A DNA stretch of 64,000 bases from an uncultured Desulfatitalea sp. (GTDB taxonomy: Bacteria > Desulfobacterota > Desulfobacteria > Desulfobacterales > Desulfosarcinaceae), in contig CAXXMB010000002.1 of the NCBI GenBank assembly GCA_963668675.2, forward strand, positions 1,312,001-1,376,000, in the 5' to 3' direction. Shown here one piece after another: positions 41,672-51,245 of the stretch. The notes beneath the pieces were generated by a model, which was not told the DNA's origin, made no database searches, and saw nothing but the letters and a program-made list of their open reading frames with translations. The stretch's first letter is position 1, and the number at the start of each line of letters is the position of its first letter. The position numbers and the translations under genes are program-made.

Positions 41672-42361
41672 CTACCCCGCACTCTTTTCCCGGCCGATGT
41701 TGGCATAGATGGAGTCCGGAAAATCGGTGTTCAATCGTTTGTAGGCACTCAAACTCTTTTGTGCATCTCCCTCGACACTATAGAGGCGGCCCAGTTGAAA
41801 CAGGGCGGCATCCTTTAGCACAGCACTTGGCCCCTCAAGCACCTTCTCGAAATAGTCAATGGCTGCGGCACGCTCTCCCTTCTGCATGTGGGCCATCGCC
41901 AAGCCGTTGTAAATGGTGTTGCCGAGGCCCTCATTCCCTTTGACACTACCCATCGCCTCCGTGTAAAGCGCGATCGCCTGATCCGGCATTGCTGCGGATA
42001 GGCTGATGTGGGCGTAAAAGAGGCGGCCCAATTGACCAGCGTCATAACCGTCGAACGTGTCGACCAACTGTTCCAGATCGGACTGAACCATCGCCAGGGC
42101 TTTGGCTGGATCCTGCTGCGCCCTAATGGCCTCTTCATAAGCAGCCATGCTATGGCTCAACAACATCGCAGCAGCTCTTTCGCGATTTTCAACATAATAT
42201 CGATATCCGGCCACAGAAACGATGATCACAAAAAACGCAACGGCGCCATAGGTCAACAGCTTGGCATTGCTCCGTGCCCATTGAATCGCAGTGCCGCTCA
42301 AGGTTATGAATTCATCAGGCTTTTTAACCAGCTCCTTACGTGTAATCCGCTTCTTGGCCAT
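41672..42361 (-). CDS. YfgM-like TPR membrane protein
   Basis: RKELVKKPDEFIT N-terminus, single TM helix, TPR helices. Confidence 0.75.
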   Translation of the reverse strand: MAKKRITRKELVKKPDEFITLSGTAIQWARSNAKLLTYGAVAFFVIIVSVAGYRYYVENRERAAAMLLSHSMAAYEEAIRAQQDPAKALAMVQSDLEQLVDTFDGYDAGQLGRLFYAHISLSAAMPDQAIALYTEAMGSVKGNEGLGNTIYNGLAMAHMQKGERAAAIDYFEKVLEGPSAVLKDAALFQLGRLYSVEGDAQKSLSAYKRLNTDFPDSIYANIGREKSAG

Positions 42362-43365
42362 TACCCCTCCACCTCTTTTCGAATTCCCGACCAACGCTCC
42401 TCGGGCAGGTTCGCGCCCATGACCTGGCACACCTGATAACCGCACATCGATCCGATCTTACCACATCGGTCCAGCGGCATGCGGTTGACCAGCCCATAAA
42501 GGAAACCGGAAGCCCACAAATCACCGGCACCCGTCGTATCGAGGGCTTGGCCGTCTCCGAGGGCCTTCACGGGCAGCACATCGCCATTTGTGGCAATCAG
42601 GCTTCCACGGGCGCCAAGCTTCAAAACGGCCAGATCCACATCCGCCACCAGCTTTTTGACCGCCCGGCTCTCATCCCGAGTACCGGTGTAAGCATAGGAT
42701 TCATCCTCATTGGCCAAGAGGATATCCACATATTCGGGAATCAGCTCCGCCAGAATATCCCCGGCCTCTTCGACCACGTTGAAACTGGCCAGATCGAGTG
42801 AAATCAGGGCACCGGCATCACGGGCGGCCCGCAAGGCGGCCTTTATCAGATCAGGGTTGAAAAGGAGATACCCCTCGATGTGAACAATGGCGGCATCTTC
42901 AAAGCACGCCGTGGTCATCTCCTCGGGCCGGGCCTCGGCGGAGGCCCCTAAAAAGGTAAACATCGATCGCTGGGCATCCGGCGAAACAATCGAGAGTACC
43001 CGGCCGGTGGGGGAATCGGAATTGAGCAAGAAGGAGGCTACCCCTTGTTTGGCCAAATCGTCGCGAAAAAGACGGCCCATAGGTCCATTGCCGCACTTGC
43101 CGACAAATTGGGCTTGGCCGCCCAAACGGCCGATTCCCACCACAGTATTGCAGGCCGATCCGCCCGGTACGATTTGTGGCGGCGAGGTCGCCTGATGAAC
43201 CGTCTGATCGATGAACGCTCTCTCGACATAGGTCATGCCGCCTTTGGCGGCCCCAAGCCGATCCAGAAACGAGTCATCTTCACGGGCCAAAATATCGACC
43301 AGCGCCGACCCGACGCCGGTCACCTTCTTCCGCTGGGGATTGAGTCTATCGTAGATTGATTTCAT
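42361..43365 (-). CDS. PfkB family carbohydrate/adenosine kinase
   Basis: GSALVD, PGGSACN, QRSMFTFLGA, DTTGAGD. Confidence 0.9.
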   Translation of the reverse strand: MKSIYDRLNPQRKKVTGVGSALVDILAREDDSFLDRLGAAKGGMTYVERAFIDQTVHQATSPPQIVPGGSACNTVVGIGRLGGQAQFVGKCGNGPMGRLFRDDLAKQGVASFLLNSDSPTGRVLSIVSPDAQRSMFTFLGASAEARPEEMTTACFEDAAIVHIEGYLLFNPDLIKAALRAARDAGALISLDLASFNVVEEAGDILAELIPEYVDILLANEDESYAYTGTRDESRAVKKLVADVDLAVLKLGARGSLIATNGDVLPVKALGDGQALDTTGAGDLWASGFLYGLVNRMPLDRCGKIGSMCGYQVCQVMGANLPEERWSGIRKEVEG

Positions 43366-43367
43366 TT

Positions 43368-43844
43368 TTACCAAACCAGTGTTTCAAATATCCATCCTTT
43401 GTCGCCATCGGCGTGCTCAACTTCAAACCAGCGTCCTTTTTTCTGCAACACTTTAAAAGGGATGCCGCGGTCCACGGTGAAAGCGATCTCAGTATCGGTG
43501 CTTGGACCCGACCGGACATTGCAGCGGCGTACCCTTACAATAACCGTGCGTGTCTTATCCAGCAAGGAGGCATGAATCCAGCCTTCGTCGCCTTCAAAAT
43601 CTTTGAATCGATACCACACTCCTTTTTTCTCGATGACCGATACGGGGTGGTACTTTTCAATCTGCCAGAGCAGTTCGTGCTTCGTACCCGGGCCCGAACG
43701 GATATTGGCGATATCGCCCTTGACGGCCATGCGCTCGGCAGCGCCCGCATGTCCCGCTGCGAGGACAAAACAGATGCCAATGAAGAGAACGCTTAAGCGT
43801 CGGGGTAAACTCATTTTTCCATTTCCGTTGGCATGCCCATTCAT
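43368..43844 (-). CDS. Exported tandem bacterial SH3 domain protein
   Basis: Two repeats N(I/V)RSGP(G/S)T...GD(E/K)GWI; signal peptide. Confidence 0.88.
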   Translation of the reverse strand: MNGHANGNGKMSLPRRLSVLFIGICFVLAAGHAGAAERMAVKGDIANIRSGPGTKHELLWQIEKYHPVSVIEKKGVWYRFKDFEGDEGWIHASLLDKTRTVIVRVRRCNVRSGPSTDTEIAFTVDRGIPFKVLQKKGRWFEVEHADGDKGWIFETLVW

Positions 43845-43853
43845 AGCCTATGT

Positions 43854-44573
43854 TCAGGGATCGGCCTTCAAGGCGGCTGAATGGGCCGAACCGGTCACCG
43901 GCGATACCATTATCTTGCTCGCCAATCCCTGCCCCAGCACCAGACGATTGAAATCGGCTGCAATCACAACCTGTCCACTATGAATATTGGTGATTACCTC
44001 TATCTCATTGCCAATTCGCAACCCCATGGTCAGCAACCGCAGCTTGAAACGGTTACCGCCATTGAACGCCACCACCTTCAAACGCTCCCCCGGCCGTGCT
44101 GCGTCCAGGGTAAGCACCACATCCCGGTGGACCAAACAGTCCCGGCAAATCCCATAGAGCTCCATTTTGTGCTGCAACATGTGGAAGCCGTAATTCGAAG
44201 CGATTTGCCCCTGTAACCGTTCAATATCCTTGTTTTCAAACTCGATGATCTTTTTGCATTTGGTGCAGATCAAATGGTCATGATGCTGCCCGAGATGGCG
44301 ATGTTCATAGCGAATCTCGCCGTTGTCGAAACGGTTGGCCCGGGCAAATCCATAGTGGCACATCAAATCGATGGTCTCCCGGATAAACTCATCTTCCAGT
44401 CGAAAACCATTGTTGCGTACGGCATCGGCCAGCTCCTGCACCGTCACATGGTGCTCAGTGCGCAAAAAAACCTCCAGGATCGCCAACCGATCGTCAAAAC
44501 GGTCGATGCGGTCGTCTTTGAACAGCTTGACAAACTGATCACGCTCCCGTTTATGGATGGCCTGTGACGTCAT
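43854..44573 (-). CDS. Fur-family regulator fused to C-terminal FeoA domain
   Basis: HHDHLICTKC..LYGICRDC followed by RLLTMGLRIG..RLVLGQGLASKIMV. Confidence 0.85.
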   Translation of the reverse strand: MTSQAIHKRERDQFVKLFKDDRIDRFDDRLAILEVFLRTEHHVTVQELADAVRNNGFRLEDEFIRETIDLMCHYGFARANRFDNGEIRYEHRHLGQHHDHLICTKCKKIIEFENKDIERLQGQIASNYGFHMLQHKMELYGICRDCLVHRDVVLTLDAARPGERLKVVAFNGGNRFKLRLLTMGLRIGNEIEVITNIHSGQVVIAADFNRLVLGQGLASKIMVSPVTGSAHSAALKADP

Positions 44574-44627
44574 CTCCGCACAACCTCTTTTACCTTGTCA
44601 ACTCAACGTCCGTATGAATAAAGGTCG

Positions 44628-44876
44628 CTATTTGCTGTGACCGGGCAAGCTCCAGGTCGTGCACGATCCGCCAGAACAGGTCCGGGAGGTGGTCGACGGG
44701 CCCTGCTGGTCACTGCTGCCCGCGGGCATACTGAAATTGGTGGCGCTGATCACCCGCTCAATATCTTCGGATCCGCACTCTTTACAGCGCATCGTCACCT
44801 TGTCATCGTCAGACCCCATCACCAGGATCTCCATGAATGATTCACATTTAAGGCACTTAAATTCGTATATCGGCAT
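44628..44876 (-). CDS. FmdB-family zinc ribbon protein
   Basis: MPIYEFKCLKC..CKECGS. Confidence 0.85.
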   Translation of the reverse strand: MPIYEFKCLKCESFMEILVMGSDDDKVTMRCKECGSEDIERVISATNFSMPAGSSDQQGPSTTSRTCSGGSCTTWSLPGHSK

Positions 44877-44924
44877 TGCCGCTCCTTGGTCTTAGCTGTA
44901 AAAATAGAACTTATCTTTTTATTA

Positions 44925-47162
44925 TCAACAGCGGGGGATTGTCAACCCGTCACCCGGTCCTGCCGGCAATCGCACCGTCACCTGCGTACCGTTGGGCTGC
45001 GAGGTCTCCAAATCAATCCCCCCCCTGTGGCGCTGGACGATTTGATGGCAGATGTAGAGTCCCAAACCGGTCCCTTGGCCGACCGGCTTGGTGGTAAAGA
45101 AGGGTTTAAAAACATTTTGGCGATCGACGGGCGCGATGCCCGATCCATTGTCGCGACAGCGAAAGACCACCTGCCCTGCTTCCACCTCGTATGAGGTGGA
45201 TAGAGAGACCTCCCCGTTCCGATCTTCCACCGCCTGAATCGCGTTTCGAATGATATTCAACACCACCTGCCCAAGGTTGGCGAAATTGCCCCGCAGCATC
45301 GGCAACCCCGGAATCAGATCCTCCACGACACTCAACGTTCCGTGTTTGTACTGATTTTGCAACACCCGCAGCGCATCGCGCACCACCAAATTCATGTCCA
45401 CGGACTCCTCATAGGTCTGGGTCTGCCTCGAAAGCCCCAATAGACTGGCCACAATGGATTTGGCACGTGCCAGCTCCTTGCCGGCAAAATGGAGGTCGTC
45501 CAACAGACCCTCATCCAACGGCTGCCCCGTATCCCACTCGGAGAGCTCTTCGGAGATGGACTGCAACAGGCTGGTGACACTGGCAAGGGGATTGTTCATC
45601 TCGTGGGCCACGCCAGCCACCAGTTGCCCCAATGCGGCCAAACTCTCGGAGCGAATCAAATGCTCCTGGGATCGCTCTTTCTCCTCCAGCGCAGCTTCCA
45701 GCTCTTTCGTTCGTTCGGCCACCTGCGCCTCAAGCGTGTCGTTCAACTCCCTGAGCGCCTGATAGGCCTGTGCATTTTGAATCGCCACGGCACTTTGATG
45801 GCACAACGGCACCAGCAGATCGATGTCACGGGTCGAGTAGATCCGGCCTGAAAGTTTCTCCCCCATAACCAGAAACCCCTTCAATTGAGCTTTGAAACAC
45901 ATGGGAAAAACCACCTCCGCCTGTAGCCAAGCCATCTCCGACAAAAGGCCTTTGGAGTCACCGTCACCAACCGCCCCCAGCACCTTCTGTTTCAAAATCG
46001 GCTGCACACGACCCTGCAGCGCACCCACCAGCCGGGCCTCGTCGACCATGGCTGCATCGTAGCGCCCACCGGCAGCCTCACCGGCGGATGCAATGGCACG
46101 ATAGATCCCGCTGGCTGAATCGGCGAGAAATAGGGCGCAATGCTTCACCCGCATGGCATCGACAATCGTCTCCTGCATCAGCCGGGTAATCTTCTCCCGA
46201 TCCAATACCGTGGCAATGGTTTGACTGACGCGCTCAAGTGTCATCTGGTGGTCATAAAAATCTCCTCCCCAGAAACGGTTGAAGAAGCGCTGCAACAACG
46301 ATAATGGCTTCTCTGAAACCGAAACCGCGAATAATAGAATCGCAAATATAGAGAGACAAACCGTGCCATAAACAACTCCTTGAAATGAGGACTGCATCAA
46401 CTTGACTGCCGCAAGAGAGACAATCACACCCGCCAGCATCAGCAGGATGTAGACCACACCTTTACGCATCAACAGGCCAACATCCAGCAAGTCATATCGA
46501 AAAAAACCCGCCGCGAAAAAGAGCAGCGGCACAAAACCAAACGCCCCCGGAGGATAGATCGGCCAACCGAAAAGGGTTAAGCAGTTCAACGTACTCAGCG
46601 CCCCGAGCACACCAAAGCCGATAAAGAGATACCAAAGCTTGTTCTTATAAATACTGCGCGACTCACTGCCAATCGCCTTGATCAAAATGGTAACATTATA
46701 AGAAGTCGCAAAAGCCGCCCCCACTCCCATCAAAAAGAAAAGCGGACCGCCTTGGCCAAAGTATCCAAATGCAAACCTACGGACATCTGCAATGACCCAA
46801 TCTCCGCCAAACACACACAGCGCCACAACAGCAGCATAACCATATGCAAGCCTGACCAGCCACTGCCGCTCAGCGATCCCCAGAAACGCATGGAAGAAAT
46901 GAATGAACAACGGAAGTAAAAACGGATGAAAAATGTGGCCAACGCGACTGGTGAACAAAGCGACCCGGGCCGACGACGCATTGAAATTGATCAACATGTC
47001 CACATAGAGCAAGCTGCCGAGGAGACACATCACTGCAAATATACAATCCACTCTCGCCCGTCTTCTGCTTAAAACGGCCGCTCCCGCCATAGCAGCCAAA
47101 AGCAAGGCGGTGAGTATGGGCGGCAAACTATACAAACTATAGCCCATCTGTCTCAGGAGCAT
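44925..47162 (-). CDS. Multi-TM (7TM-type) GAF sensor histidine kinase
   Basis: Many N-terminal TM helices, GAF (LVMGEKLSG..DIDLL), AGVAHEMNNPL, PFFTTKPVGQGTGLGL. Confidence 0.88.
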   Translation of the reverse strand: MLLRQMGYSLYSLPPILTALLLAAMAGAAVLSRRRARVDCIFAVMCLLGSLLYVDMLINFNASSARVALFTSRVGHIFHPFLLPLFIHFFHAFLGIAERQWLVRLAYGYAAVVALCVFGGDWVIADVRRFAFGYFGQGGPLFFLMGVGAAFATSYNVTILIKAIGSESRSIYKNKLWYLFIGFGVLGALSTLNCLTLFGWPIYPPGAFGFVPLLFFAAGFFRYDLLDVGLLMRKGVVYILLMLAGVIVSLAAVKLMQSSFQGVVYGTVCLSIFAILLFAVSVSEKPLSLLQRFFNRFWGGDFYDHQMTLERVSQTIATVLDREKITRLMQETIVDAMRVKHCALFLADSASGIYRAIASAGEAAGGRYDAAMVDEARLVGALQGRVQPILKQKVLGAVGDGDSKGLLSEMAWLQAEVVFPMCFKAQLKGFLVMGEKLSGRIYSTRDIDLLVPLCHQSAVAIQNAQAYQALRELNDTLEAQVAERTKELEAALEEKERSQEHLIRSESLAALGQLVAGVAHEMNNPLASVTSLLQSISEELSEWDTGQPLDEGLLDDLHFAGKELARAKSIVASLLGLSRQTQTYEESVDMNLVVRDALRVLQNQYKHGTLSVVEDLIPGLPMLRGNFANLGQVVLNIIRNAIQAVEDRNGEVSLSTSYEVEAGQVVFRCRDNGSGIAPVDRQNVFKPFFTTKPVGQGTGLGLYICHQIVQRHRGGIDLETSQPNGTQVTVRLPAGPGDGLTIPRC

Positions 47163-47259
47163 ATCGACCTCTTCGATTCATTGAGATAATAACTGCCAAC
47201 ACCAAGTGTCGACACGCCATACTATCAACAAAACAGACGCCACCAATTTTACCGACAAA

Positions 47260-47460
47260 GGAGGTGCGGCCGACATGGCGTGTGGGTTCCCAATGCCTTC
47301 AGCGAGTGACTTTACTGCTGCTTAGAGGCAGCGGAGGAAAAGCGGACCGCACTGTCTGAGCGCAGCGAGTTTGCGGACCGCCCGGAGCTGCCTCTTAGCA
47401 GCAGTTAAATCATGAGCGTCGCATTGGGAACCCACACGCCATGTCGGCCGCACCGGCGCA
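47260..47460 (+). repeat. ~200-bp palindromic intergenic element, copy 2
   Basis: Perfect 34-bp IR 47263-47296/47421-47454 around the shared 124-nt core. Confidence 0.95.
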
Positions 47461-47589
47461 AACCGCATAAAATCAACAATCAAACAATTCATTAACAAAT
47501 TCTATAGATGGGCGATCTCATATATTGATATATCCGAGATCTTCGACGCGTACTCTATCGGCGAATGCCGAATCCAAATAGGCCTCAGG

Positions 47590-49293
47590 TTATCGGCCAG
47601 ATGAGAGCATTTCTCGTGCGTGGGCCAGGGTCGTGGCCGTTATCTCTTCTCCGCCCAGCATTCGGGCCATCTCTTCAATGCGGGCCTCGGGCGTCAATGG
47701 CGTGATGGTTGTATGGGTGCGACCCCGGTCAATACGCTTGGCAATGCGGAAGTGATGCTCGCCATACTTCGCTATCTGCGGCAAATGGGTAATGCACAAA
47801 ACCTGGTGGTTGTCCGCCAGGCCGGCCAGCTTGCGCCCAACCATATCGGCAACCCCACCGCCAATCCCGGCATCGACCTCGTCGAACACAACCGTCTCCA
47901 ATGCATCGTTGTGGGCCAGAATCGCCTTGAGCGCCAGCACCACGCGCGACAATTCTCCACCAGAGGCGATGCTGGCCAGAGGCTTGATGGTCTCACCAAC
48001 ATTGGGAGCCATCATGAAGACCGCCCGATCCGAACCGCTCTCCGTCAACGCGATGCCATTGTTGGAGAGAAAGAGCGCCGTTTCATCTCCTGCCTTCACC
48101 GACTGGAGGTCCACCACAAACCGGGTCCCCGCCATCTTCAGCTCAGCCAGCTCGCGCTCCACCTTCTGCGACAACTGCGCAGCCACCTTGCGGCGTTTGT
48201 CGGACAACTCCCCGGCCAGACGGCTAAGGGAGAGATGTTTCTTCTTCAGCTCGGAACCGACCTGTTCAATCGTATCGTCAAGCGCTTCGATCTCTTTCAG
48301 TTGAAGCGTAATCTCCTCGGCATGGTCGCACACCGATGTCAAAGAGCCGCCATATTTCCGTTTGAGCCGGTTCAGGAGATCCAGGCGCGCCTCGACAGCC
48401 TCCAGCCGGCCTGGGTCCAGATCGATCCGCTGCAGGTAGTCCCGCAAGTGGCCCGCAACATCCTCGACCCGATAGGTCACCTCCTCCAACTCGCTGGTCC
48501 TTGTCTGCAACTGGTCGTCGATGCGACCCATACGGTCCAACGCTTTTACGGTCTGGCCCAAAATTTCAAATACAGCCCCGTCGCCACTGTAAAGTGCTTC
48601 GATACATTCGTGCACGGTTTGATAGAGGGCCTCTCCATTTTTAAGGCGCAGCCGCTCTTTCTCAAGCGATTCATCTTCATCCGGCAATAGCGCTGTCGTT
48701 TCGATCTCCTGAAGCTGAAACCGCAGCAGCTCCACCTGCTCGTCCTGTCGGGCCTGACGCGCGCGCAGCGACTGCTCTTCGCGGATCAGCGGCAACATAC
48801 GGGCGTGCTCCTCTCCGTACCGGTTTCGCAGTGCGATAAGATCTCCGAATTGGTCGAGGATGAAAAGATGCGCCTCCTCCTTGAGCAACCCCTGGTGGGC
48901 ATGTTGCCCCGAGATGCTGGCGAGCCTGGAGGTCAGATCACCGAGCAGCTGCATGGTGGCCAACCGACCGTTGATGTAAATGCGATGGCGCTCTTGATTG
49001 GATATGATCCGCCGCACCAACAGCCCTTCGGCAGCATCGAACCCCGCTTCGGCCATATGCCCGGCGATGTTGCTCCCGACTGGAATATCGAAAAGGGCCT
49101 CCAGCTCGGCGCTCTCCGCTCCTGTCCGAATGAGGGCTGCCGAGGCCCGGCTGCCCAGAAGCAAATTGACGGCATTGATGATGATCGATTTTCCGGCGCC
49201 GGTCTCACCGCTCAGGATGGTCAAACCGGGCTCAAAACGGATATTGAGATCCTCAATAATGGCAAAATTACGAATGGAAAGCTCTTGGAGCAT
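47590..49293 (-). CDS. recN: DNA repair protein RecN
   Basis: LSGETGAGKS, IASGGELSR, VFDEVDAGIGG, ITHLPQIA. Confidence 0.96.
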   Translation of the reverse strand: MLQELSIRNFAIIEDLNIRFEPGLTILSGETGAGKSIIINAVNLLLGSRASAALIRTGAESAELEALFDIPVGSNIAGHMAEAGFDAAEGLLVRRIISNQERHRIYINGRLATMQLLGDLTSRLASISGQHAHQGLLKEEAHLFILDQFGDLIALRNRYGEEHARMLPLIREEQSLRARQARQDEQVELLRFQLQEIETTALLPDEDESLEKERLRLKNGEALYQTVHECIEALYSGDGAVFEILGQTVKALDRMGRIDDQLQTRTSELEEVTYRVEDVAGHLRDYLQRIDLDPGRLEAVEARLDLLNRLKRKYGGSLTSVCDHAEEITLQLKEIEALDDTIEQVGSELKKKHLSLSRLAGELSDKRRKVAAQLSQKVERELAELKMAGTRFVVDLQSVKAGDETALFLSNNGIALTESGSDRAVFMMAPNVGETIKPLASIASGGELSRVVLALKAILAHNDALETVVFDEVDAGIGGGVADMVGRKLAGLADNHQVLCITHLPQIAKYGEHHFRIAKRIDRGRTHTTITPLTPEARIEEMARMLGGEEITATTLAHAREMLSSGR

Positions 49294-49400
49294 ATCTCGG
49301 CCAATAGTAAACGATTGTTAGGCGCGTCATTATCTGCGACAGGTTTAGATCCCGTCTATATATAAAAAACCCGACGAGGTAATCAACCGCTATCTTAACC

Positions 49401-51182
49401 CTATACCCATCGAAGCAAGCGTTCGACCTGACCAGCCATCAGATGCACTTTTTTGCCCAACCGCACACAAACCAATCTCTCTTCAGCTATCAATCGACGC
49501 AGTTCGGTGGTCAACACCCGCAGACGGTCATAGGCCTGCAGATCCAGGACACCCTGTTTCTCTCGCCACCTCCGGCCATGCCCGGAAGGCACGGGAAGGG
49601 CTGCGATCTTGGCAAGCGACTGGTATTCGACCACACAGCCGCCGTCGAGGATCAGCGCATGCATCCCATGGCCACTGCCACCTGTGTGCCAAACGACCAC
49701 CGCATCGGTAAGACGGGTAAGCCAACGTGCCCGCCGTATCTGGTGACCGGCATGCGTCAACATCCCCTCGATGCGACGGCAGACCATTTCGGCTGTCCAC
49801 TCCATCGATAGCGCATCTGCGGCGCTCTCCTGGTCCGCTCCCAGGTCCTCGCTCTCCTGGTCCGCTCCCAGGTCCTCCCCGTCTGCCTGCAGACGCCGAT
49901 CCGCTTCTGCCGACAACCGCTCCTTCCAACCATCGTGCCCTGCCCTCAGCAAGGCTCGCCAGAGGCCGAGACGGGCAATCGAAACAGCATGCTTCTCTCG
50001 AAAGCAGTCGATGCCCCGGACCAGCATCGTCTCATCCGGACAGAGCCTCGCCGCCAGTATCGCCTTTGCTTTGCCATCGGTGATCCCCGCGCTGCTTCCT
50101 CCTGACCCCAGAGCGCATCCTACCGAATGCACGAGCCTGACCAGATCGTTCGAAACCAAAGGTCCCACACAGCAAACATCGTCGACGCTCTTCGACCTTC
50201 TCCCGAAATCCCTCGAAACAAAGATCGGCGCCCGATCCCCCTCGATCAGGGCCACATTGTATGGCGGTGAGCACTCCTTGATGGCCTCCGACTCCATCAA
50301 TGCCGCCTCAAGCGCCGATGCGGTGACCGTCACCTCGATGTGAGCTGCCTGGGTCAGCATTTCCAAGACATGTTCCGGATGCCGCCGCCGTGGCTGGAAG
50401 TAACTGTTCAGACGCTTTTTGAGCGAACGCGCCTTGCCAATATAGAGCAAATCGCCATTGGATCGGATAAAGCGATATATACCGGGGGCATCAGGGGCCT
50501 TTTTACGCTGATGGCGGGGCATGGGATAGCGGCGCGGCAGAGGCTCCGGAACCGGTCGCTCCGCCAGCCAACGGCGCAAATCGTCCAGTGATGCCACCTG
50601 CTCCTCTACAGCCAGCCGATTGACCAGATGTCGCCAAATGACGGCGGTCGCGCGCACATGTCCGTCACAACGCCTCGCCGACGGGACCGAATGGCCCAGG
50701 AAACCGGACAGCGCCCGAATGCCTCTTCGCGGCAGCTCCGGGTAGAGCCGCCGGCTGATGTCATGAGTGCATATCAATTCGAATGGAAAGCCAGTCCCAA
50801 AATCGCACTTTTGGTGGAGCCGTTGCAGAAAGGGTCTTTCGAAGCGGGCAAAATGGATCACCACCGGACAGCGCTGAAAGCCGCTCTGTCGGGCCACCTC
50901 ATCGGCAGCGGCCGACAGACGGCGCCACACCACCCTTTCAGGAGCAGCCTCATTCAAACCAGCCGGATGGATTCCGGTCAGCCGCCGAACCCGGGTCGGC
51001 AAGGTAGCGTCCCCAGGCAGACGGACCAGATCGGCGTGAACCGCCCACTCCTCCGGTAGCGAGGTGTCCGCTGCCCGATAGGGCAGCCAGCCCACCTCCA
51101 GCAGATGACCCTTTTCCGGTGAATTGGCAGTGGTCTGACAATCCACCAGCAGTACGGGAAGCGTAAGAAGGCGCTTGGTCAT
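49401..51182 (-). CDS. DnaQ-like (degenerate DEDDh) domain fused to UvrC/Cho-type GIY-YIG nuclease
   Basis: PGIYRF..LLYIGKARSLKKRLNSYF..LEAALME..PPYN; N-terminal VDCQTT..RLTGI; start 51182 or 51206. Confidence 0.8.
   Translation of the reverse strand: MTKRLLTLPVLLVDCQTTANSPEKGHLLEVGWLPYRAADTSLPEEWAVHADLVRLPGDATLPTRVRRLTGIHPAGLNEAAPERVVWRRLSAAADEVARQSGFQRCPVVIHFARFERPFLQRLHQKCDFGTGFPFELICTHDISRRLYPELPRRGIRALSGFLGHSVPSARRCDGHVRATAVIWRHLVNRLAVEEQVASLDDLRRWLAERPVPEPLPRRYPMPRHQRKKAPDAPGIYRFIRSNGDLLYIGKARSLKKRLNSYFQPRRRHPEHVLEMLTQAAHIEVTVTASALEAALMESEAIKECSPPYNVALIEGDRAPIFVSRDFGRRSKSVDDVCCVGPLVSNDLVRLVHSVGCALGSGGSSAGITDGKAKAILAARLCPDETMLVRGIDCFREKHAVSIARLGLWRALLRAGHDGWKERLSAEADRRLQADGEDLGADQESEDLGADQESAADALSMEWTAEMVCRRIEGMLTHAGHQIRRARWLTRLTDAVVVWHTGGSGHGMHALILDGGCVVEYQSLAKIAALPVPSGHGRRWREKQGVLDLQAYDRLRVLTTELRRLIAEERLVCVRLGKKVHLMAGQVERLLRWV
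49823..49877. repeat. Perfect in-frame 27-bp tandem duplication (EDLGADQES x2)
   Basis: cgctctcctggtccgctcccaggtcct repeated twice. Confidence 0.9.
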
Positions 51183-51245
51183 TTTGGGACACGGCTCCTG
51201 GGCCACACACCGCGCACCGGCTCCCTACATCCGCTACCCGGCACA

